A stretch of DNA of 51,848 bases from Candidatus Eiseniibacteriota bacterium. Lineage in GTDB: Bacteria > Eisenbacteria > RBG-16-71-46 > JABDJR01 > JAWXBZ01. Numbering within the stretch: the stretch's first letter is position 1; each line of letters begins with the position of its first letter. Both the position numbers and the translations under genes were made by a program. Of the stretch, positions 47,729-51,848 are shown in pieces. The notes below the pieces were generated by a model, which ran no database searches, had not been told where the DNA came from, and worked only from the letters and a program-made list of their open reading frames with translations. Location: positions 1 to 51,848 of the forward strand of contig JAWXBZ010000067.1 of the NCBI GenBank assembly GCA_034440375.1. Direction: 5' to 3'.

Positions 47729-49750
47729 TCAGCCGGCGGGCGTCGATGCCGTGACCATCGGCGTGTACTCCGTGATGTACCCCGCCAACGCGGAAGCCGC
47801 CACCGTCAATGGACTCGCCAGGTACATCTGCCCCGGCCCGGAGCGCCCCGGAAAATTGCGGTTGATGGCGCTGACCGTGACCTCGTCGGTGTGCTTGCTG
47901 ACGCCGGGGCCGGCGTTGATGCAGGCGCCGCAGGAGGGTTCGATGACCTGGGCGCCGACCGCCTCGAAGATGGCCATGTAGCCCTTCGCCACACAGTACC
48001 GCTTCACTTCCTGGCTGCCGAACTGGATGAAGAAGCGGACATCGGGGTGCACATGCTTCCCCTGCTCGAGCCCTTCCTTGAGGACACGGGCGTACATGTC
48101 CATGTCGTCCTTCTTGCCGGCGGTGCAGGAGCCGGCGTAGGCGATGTCGACCTTGACGCGGGCCGGTAGCTCATCGATGTGGAGACCGTTGCCGGGGTCG
48201 CCGGGCGTGGCTACGAGGGGGCGCATCGTTCCGGCGTCGATTTCGATGATCTCGGTGTACTCGGCGTCCGGATCACTGAAGAGTCCGTGGAGCGTGGCCT
48301 CCGCGGCCTTCCGGTCCATGCCGCGTGTGGCGACCAGAAAATCGACGGCCTTGGCATCGGGCGCCACGATGCCGGTGAAGGCGCCGACTTCGGCGGCCAT
48401 GTTGGTCATGGTGGCGCGTTCGTCGATGGAGAGTTCCTCCACCGCGCCGCCGCAGTATTCCAGGATCTTGCCGATGGCCTGGCCGCTCTTGACGTAAGGG
48501 TGACGGAGGATCTCCAGCATGAAGTCCTTGGCGGTGACGTTGTCGGGACGCTGGCCATGCACGCGAATCTTGACATTCTCAGGCACGCGGACCCGCACAT
48601 CCTTCGTGATCCAGGAATTGAAGACGTCCGTGGTGCCAACGCCAAAGGCCACGCATCCGATGGCGCCGGAGTGGGGCGTGTGGCTGTCCGAACCGATGAT
48701 CAGCTGGCCCGGCAGTGCGTAGTCCTGGAGCACCTTCGAGTGGCAGATGGCCTCCGAACCGTGCCCACCGGCCAGTTCGCCATGCAACGTGATCCCCTGC
48801 TCGGCCGCGAAGTCCTCCTGCTTCTTCTTGAGCTGCAGGGCCACGTCGAGCAGCCCCTCCTTGATCCGCTCCGGCGTCATGACATCGCCGAGGAAGGTCA
48901 GGTGGTCCCGGAAGAAGACGATCGTCTCCGGGTCATTGACGCGCGCCTCTTCCCCGACGTATCGGTGAAAGAAGTCGGCGGCCATCGGCGTGACGTACTC
49001 GTGGCTGAAGCGAAGGTCGACCGCGGCGAAGCCCGCATCCCCCGGCTTGACGGCCGGGACGCCGACGCGGCCCTTCGCGGCATCGGCCACGAACGCGCGG
49101 GCAAAAATCTTCTCGGCCAGCGTCATCGGCCGGGGGGGGGTATCGATGGCGGGAACGCTGACTTTCCCCTGGAGGCGCGCCACATTGAACGGAAAGAGTC
49201 CGCCGTATTCGATGATCTGGCGGGTGATCTCATCCTCTCCCTCGTAAAATTCACTGAGAGGGATTTCCTCGCCCTTTCGGATCCGTTCGAGGATGCGGAA
49301 GTCGGTCGAGGTCAGGACGCCCAGATTCTGGCAGTTCTGCCGATAGATCCGCTCGATGTTCTCGGCCACCACACACTGGATGCCGGCGCACAGCTCGGCG
49401 TAAGGGCTCTGTTCACGGCTCGATCCCTTGCCCCGTCGCTTTCCTGACACGGACACGGCGAAGCCGCCGGACCGGACCAATCCCCTCTTGCAGGGAAACT
49501 CACCGCCGGCCTTGAGGCCGAGATAGGGAAAGTCGCCCAGCGTCTCATCGAAGTAGTAGCAGATATAAGCCGGCGTGATCTCGTCCGTCGAGATATCATC
49601 ACGGAGCTTGATGGCAGGGTTCCATTCGAGATCCTGGCCGTCGAGCTGGCTCGCAAGGAGAGCGGGGTCTTCGGTGAGAAAGAGAATACGTCCGGCCAAA
49701 GTGACGCCGGCCGGGCGTTTGTGGACGGCGAGCGTCTTGAGGTCGGTCAT
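47729..49750 (-). CDS. Aconitase-family hydro-lyase with an N-terminal swivel (LeuD-like) domain fused to a [4Fe-4S] (LeuC-like) domain
   Basis: ATG 49750 with GAGG RBS; DISTDEITP, GKGSSREQ, IERIYRQNCQNLG, then MTLAEKI, GSDSHT, AKDFML, RATMTNM, GSCT, CGACI, SAINRNFPGRSG, YLASP. Confidence 0.9.
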   Translation of the reverse strand: MTDLKTLAVHKRPAGVTLAGRILFLTEDPALLASQLDGQDLEWNPAIKLRDDISTDEITPAYICYYFDETLGDFPYLGLKAGGEFPCKRGLVRSGGFAVSVSGKRRGKGSSREQSPYAELCAGIQCVVAENIERIYRQNCQNLGVLTSTDFRILERIRKGEEIPLSEFYEGEDEITRQIIEYGGLFPFNVARLQGKVSVPAIDTPPRPMTLAEKIFARAFVADAAKGRVGVPAVKPGDAGFAAVDLRFSHEYVTPMAADFFHRYVGEEARVNDPETIVFFRDHLTFLGDVMTPERIKEGLLDVALQLKKKQEDFAAEQGITLHGELAGGHGSEAICHSKVLQDYALPGQLIIGSDSHTPHSGAIGCVAFGVGTTDVFNSWITKDVRVRVPENVKIRVHGQRPDNVTAKDFMLEILRHPYVKSGQAIGKILEYCGGAVEELSIDERATMTNMAAEVGAFTGIVAPDAKAVDFLVATRGMDRKAAEATLHGLFSDPDAEYTEIIEIDAGTMRPLVATPGDPGNGLHIDELPARVKVDIAYAGSCTAGKKDDMDMYARVLKEGLEQGKHVHPDVRFFIQFGSQEVKRYCVAKGYMAIFEAVGAQVIEPSCGACINAGPGVSKHTDEVTVSAINRNFPGRSGPGQMYLASPLTVAASALAGYITEYTPMVTASTPAG

Positions 49751-49981
49751 CGAATCCTCGGGGCGGAGACGGTCGAAGCGGAATCGAACGGGCGTGGCCC
49801 GGCCGATGATGATTCCCACTCAGGACCCTAGATTAACACATGGAGCGCTGTATTCGGTTGCTCCACAACCCCGCTCTGCGCTATAACTTGTCGCCTTTCC
49901 TTTCAAGAACGCCTGCGGCCGGAAGCGTGTCGGGACCTCCCCGCCAACCGGCCCGTCCAATTGACATGGGAGAAACCATCG

Positions 49982-51848
49982 GTGACGCCTCTCTCCAGTG
50001 ACCTCTCGGCCAGCTTCGACACCTACCTGGGCTCCCAGGGGGAGGCCGTCCCTGACCCGTCACAACTCCTCGAGTTTCGTCTTGCGGTCCGCCGGGCAAT
50101 CGAGGCCGGCCAGGCCGAAACCCTCCGGGCCCATCTGAAATCGCTCCCGTCCGGAACCGGACTGCATGTCAACCGGGTCTACCTGGAAGGGCTGCTCGCT
50201 GCGGCACGAAACGATCTGGCCACCGCGGACCATGCCTGGCAACCTCTGTCGGAAAAGCTGAACCAGGCAAAGGCCTGGCCGGTGCTGGGACGGGTGGCCC
50301 TTGACTGGATCGAGGGGGCCGGAACACCGGCCGGCATACGCTTCTTTATTCGTGCCTGGAAGCAGGGCGGGCGGTCCGCCGTCGATGAAGCGATGCTGCG
50401 CGCCGCCAACGACGTGTTCCCAACCGAGCCCGACATCATCTGGGCCCTGGCCACGACGCTCGACGAGGATGGTTCCAGCCGTGAGAGTCGTCGGCTGCTG
50501 GCAACGGCGCTCAAGCCGCTGGCCGAGCAAAAAGATTCGGCGCGCGTGGAGGAAGGGGTGCTCCGCCTCATCGAAGCGCCCGAGGCCTCCATCCTCCTGC
50601 AGGCACTCGAGGCCGTCGACATCCTCTCTCAGAAAGGCGAGGCCAAGGCGGCCGCGTCGCTGCTCGACAGCCTCAAGGTCACGGCCATCACCCATGGGCT
50701 GGCCGGCCCCGCCTGGGCCATCGCCCGGCGCGGCATGGAGAAGCACCCGAACGAGACCGGCTTCCGACCGTCGGCCGTCGAGTTCCTGAAGGCGGCTCAC
50801 CCCGAAGTGCCGACACTGGACCGGGTCATCGAAGTGACCGGTCTCGATCGCATCGCCATTCCGGCGGCCACGGCGCTCCAGTCGCTCGATCTGGTCCTTC
50901 CCTTCTCGCCCGGTTACTACGTGGAACATTCGGGTTGGGGCCTCGGGCCGATTCGCGACAACGACGGCGAGTTCCTGACGATCGACTTTCCGGGGAAGCC
51001 CGGCCACCGGATGAACCTGGCTTCGGCGACCAAGGTGCTGACCAGCCTGCCGGCGGACGATCTCAAGGTTCTCCTCAGCATCGACAAGCCCGGACTTCTG
51101 GCCCTCAAGGAATCCGATCCGGCAGCGCTGATCGTCATCGCCCTGAAGCGCGCCGGCGGACGGGCGGAGGCTTCCGAAATCCGGAAGCTCCTCGTTCCGG
51201 GCGTTCTCGCCACCGGCGAGTGGGCCGGCTGGTGGAAGAAGTCAAAGACGAGGCTGGTGGGCGATCCCCGCATCGACGGCCGTCAGGCGTTCAGCGAGGT
51301 TTTCCGCCTCCCCGGCCCGGGCGAGGAAATCGAGGAACCGTTTGTATTGCCCCCGTTCGACGAGCCGAAGGGCATCAACCACAATATCGATTTGATCCAC
51401 GACTTCCTGGCTCATCATTCCGCCCAGGAAGACGATCTCAAGGTGCACACGGTGGATCGCGTCGCCCGATGGGCCGAGCGACGGGCGGCCAAGCGTCACG
51501 AGCGGGCCAGGGCCGCACTCCTCCTGTGGCGATGGGATGAAGCCGGCCGCCCTTCGCACGAGGCGACGATCCGCGAGCACTTTGCCGACGACTTCGACCT
51601 GTCGGCCGCCGGTGGCGCCGACGAGCAGCGGGCGTTGCTCGAAATCGGTCTGGCCTCGCCCGAGGTGCGGCCGAATGCCCTTCGACTCGGGCTGAACGCC
51701 CGCTCGGCCGCGGTGCGCGACGCCACACTCCAGGTGCTCCTGTCGGAGCCGGGGCCGGCCCCGATCCAGTTCCTGGCCAATCTGATTCAGGATTCCGTTG
51801 GTTGCACGGATGCCCTCTTCATGACCGCGGACGCCGTTGGGTCGCGCG
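49982..51848 (+). CDS. Probable long-form GreA/GreB family transcription elongation factor, N-terminal region (3' partial)
   Basis: Absent from the ORF track because it runs off the window. Frame from GTG 49982 (GGGAG upstream) reads MTPLSSDLSASFD... and includes FSPGYYVEHSGWGLGPI..LTIDFPGKPGHRMNL..EWAGWWKKSK, a pattern I recognise from long GreA proteins of Chlamydiae/PVC/spirochaetes. The Gre domain itself is not visible. Confidence 0.65.
   Translation, partial: MTPLSSDLSASFDTYLGSQGEAVPDPSQLLEFRLAVRRAIEAGQAETLRAHLKSLPSGTGLHVNRVYLEGLLAAARNDLATADHAWQPLSEKLNQAKAWPVLGRVALDWIEGAGTPAGIRFFIRAWKQGGRSAVDEAMLRAANDVFPTEPDIIWALATTLDEDGSSRESRRLLATALKPLAEQKDSARVEEGVLRLIEAPEASILLQALEAVDILSQKGEAKAAASLLDSLKVTAITHGLAGPAWAIARRGMEKHPNETGFRPSAVEFLKAAHPEVPTLDRVIEVTGLDRIAIPAATALQSLDLVLPFSPGYYVEHSGWGLGPIRDNDGEFLTIDFPGKPGHRMNLASATKVLTSLPADDLKVLLSIDKPGLLALKESDPAALIVIALKRAGGRAEASEIRKLLVPGVLATGEWAGWWKKSKTRLVGDPRIDGRQAFSEVFRLPGPGEEIEEPFVLPPFDEPKGINHNIDLIHDFLAHHSAQEDDLKVHTVDRVARWAERRAAKRHERARAALLLWRWDEAGRPSHEATIREHFADDFDLSAAGGADEQRALLEIGLASPEVRPNALRLGLNARSAAVRDATLQVLLSEPGPAPIQFLANLIQDSVGCTDALFMTADAVGSR

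Noticed and set aside
49961-49966. Perfect TTGACA upstream of the GreA-like gene
   Set aside because: No -10 element at 16-18 nt and too close to the start codon. TTGCTC-18-TATAAC at 49858-49887 is a better but still weak candidate.
50060-51007. 315-aa minus-strand ORF
   Set aside because: Antisense shadow of the plus-strand GreA-like frame that starts at 49982.

Overview
GC-rich bacterial chromosomal window with about 37 CDS. I recognised no rRNA, tRNA, CRISPR array or transposase. Several secreted proteins end in a FlgD-Ig/T9SS-like C-terminal domain and there is a porX-tsaE-tsaB block, which suggests an FCB-group lineage such as Ca. Eisenbacteria (inference). Left to right: (1) a partial YVTN beta-propeller/di-heme cytochrome c surface protein; (2) two tandem UshA/5'-nucleotidase-fold genes that the ORF track truncates, because each has an in-frame TGA in a C-G-U motif followed by a SECIS-like hairpin, i.e. 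two exported selenoproteins, one fused to a tetraheme cytochrome c; (3) porX-like regulator, tsaE, tsaB, rimI, accD, a sugar ABC ATPase, a ROK kinase and a very long lptD; (4) an amidase, a hydrazine-synthase-alpha-like heme protein and a BNR-repeat protein; (5) epimerase, wecA-like transferase, hemC, hemD, hemB, serS and a histidine kinase behind a structured leader; (6) a divergent surface-polysaccharide operon with a Wzx-GT2 fusion; (7) a HEPN/MNT toxin-antitoxin pair; (8) a frameshifted FG-GAP protein, a lipoprotein, a permuted aconitase-family fusion and a partial long-form GreA. The strongest candidate for an uncharacterised system is the selenoprotein pair, in which a degenerate metallophosphoesterase fold carries a CxU redox motif wired to a tetraheme domain.
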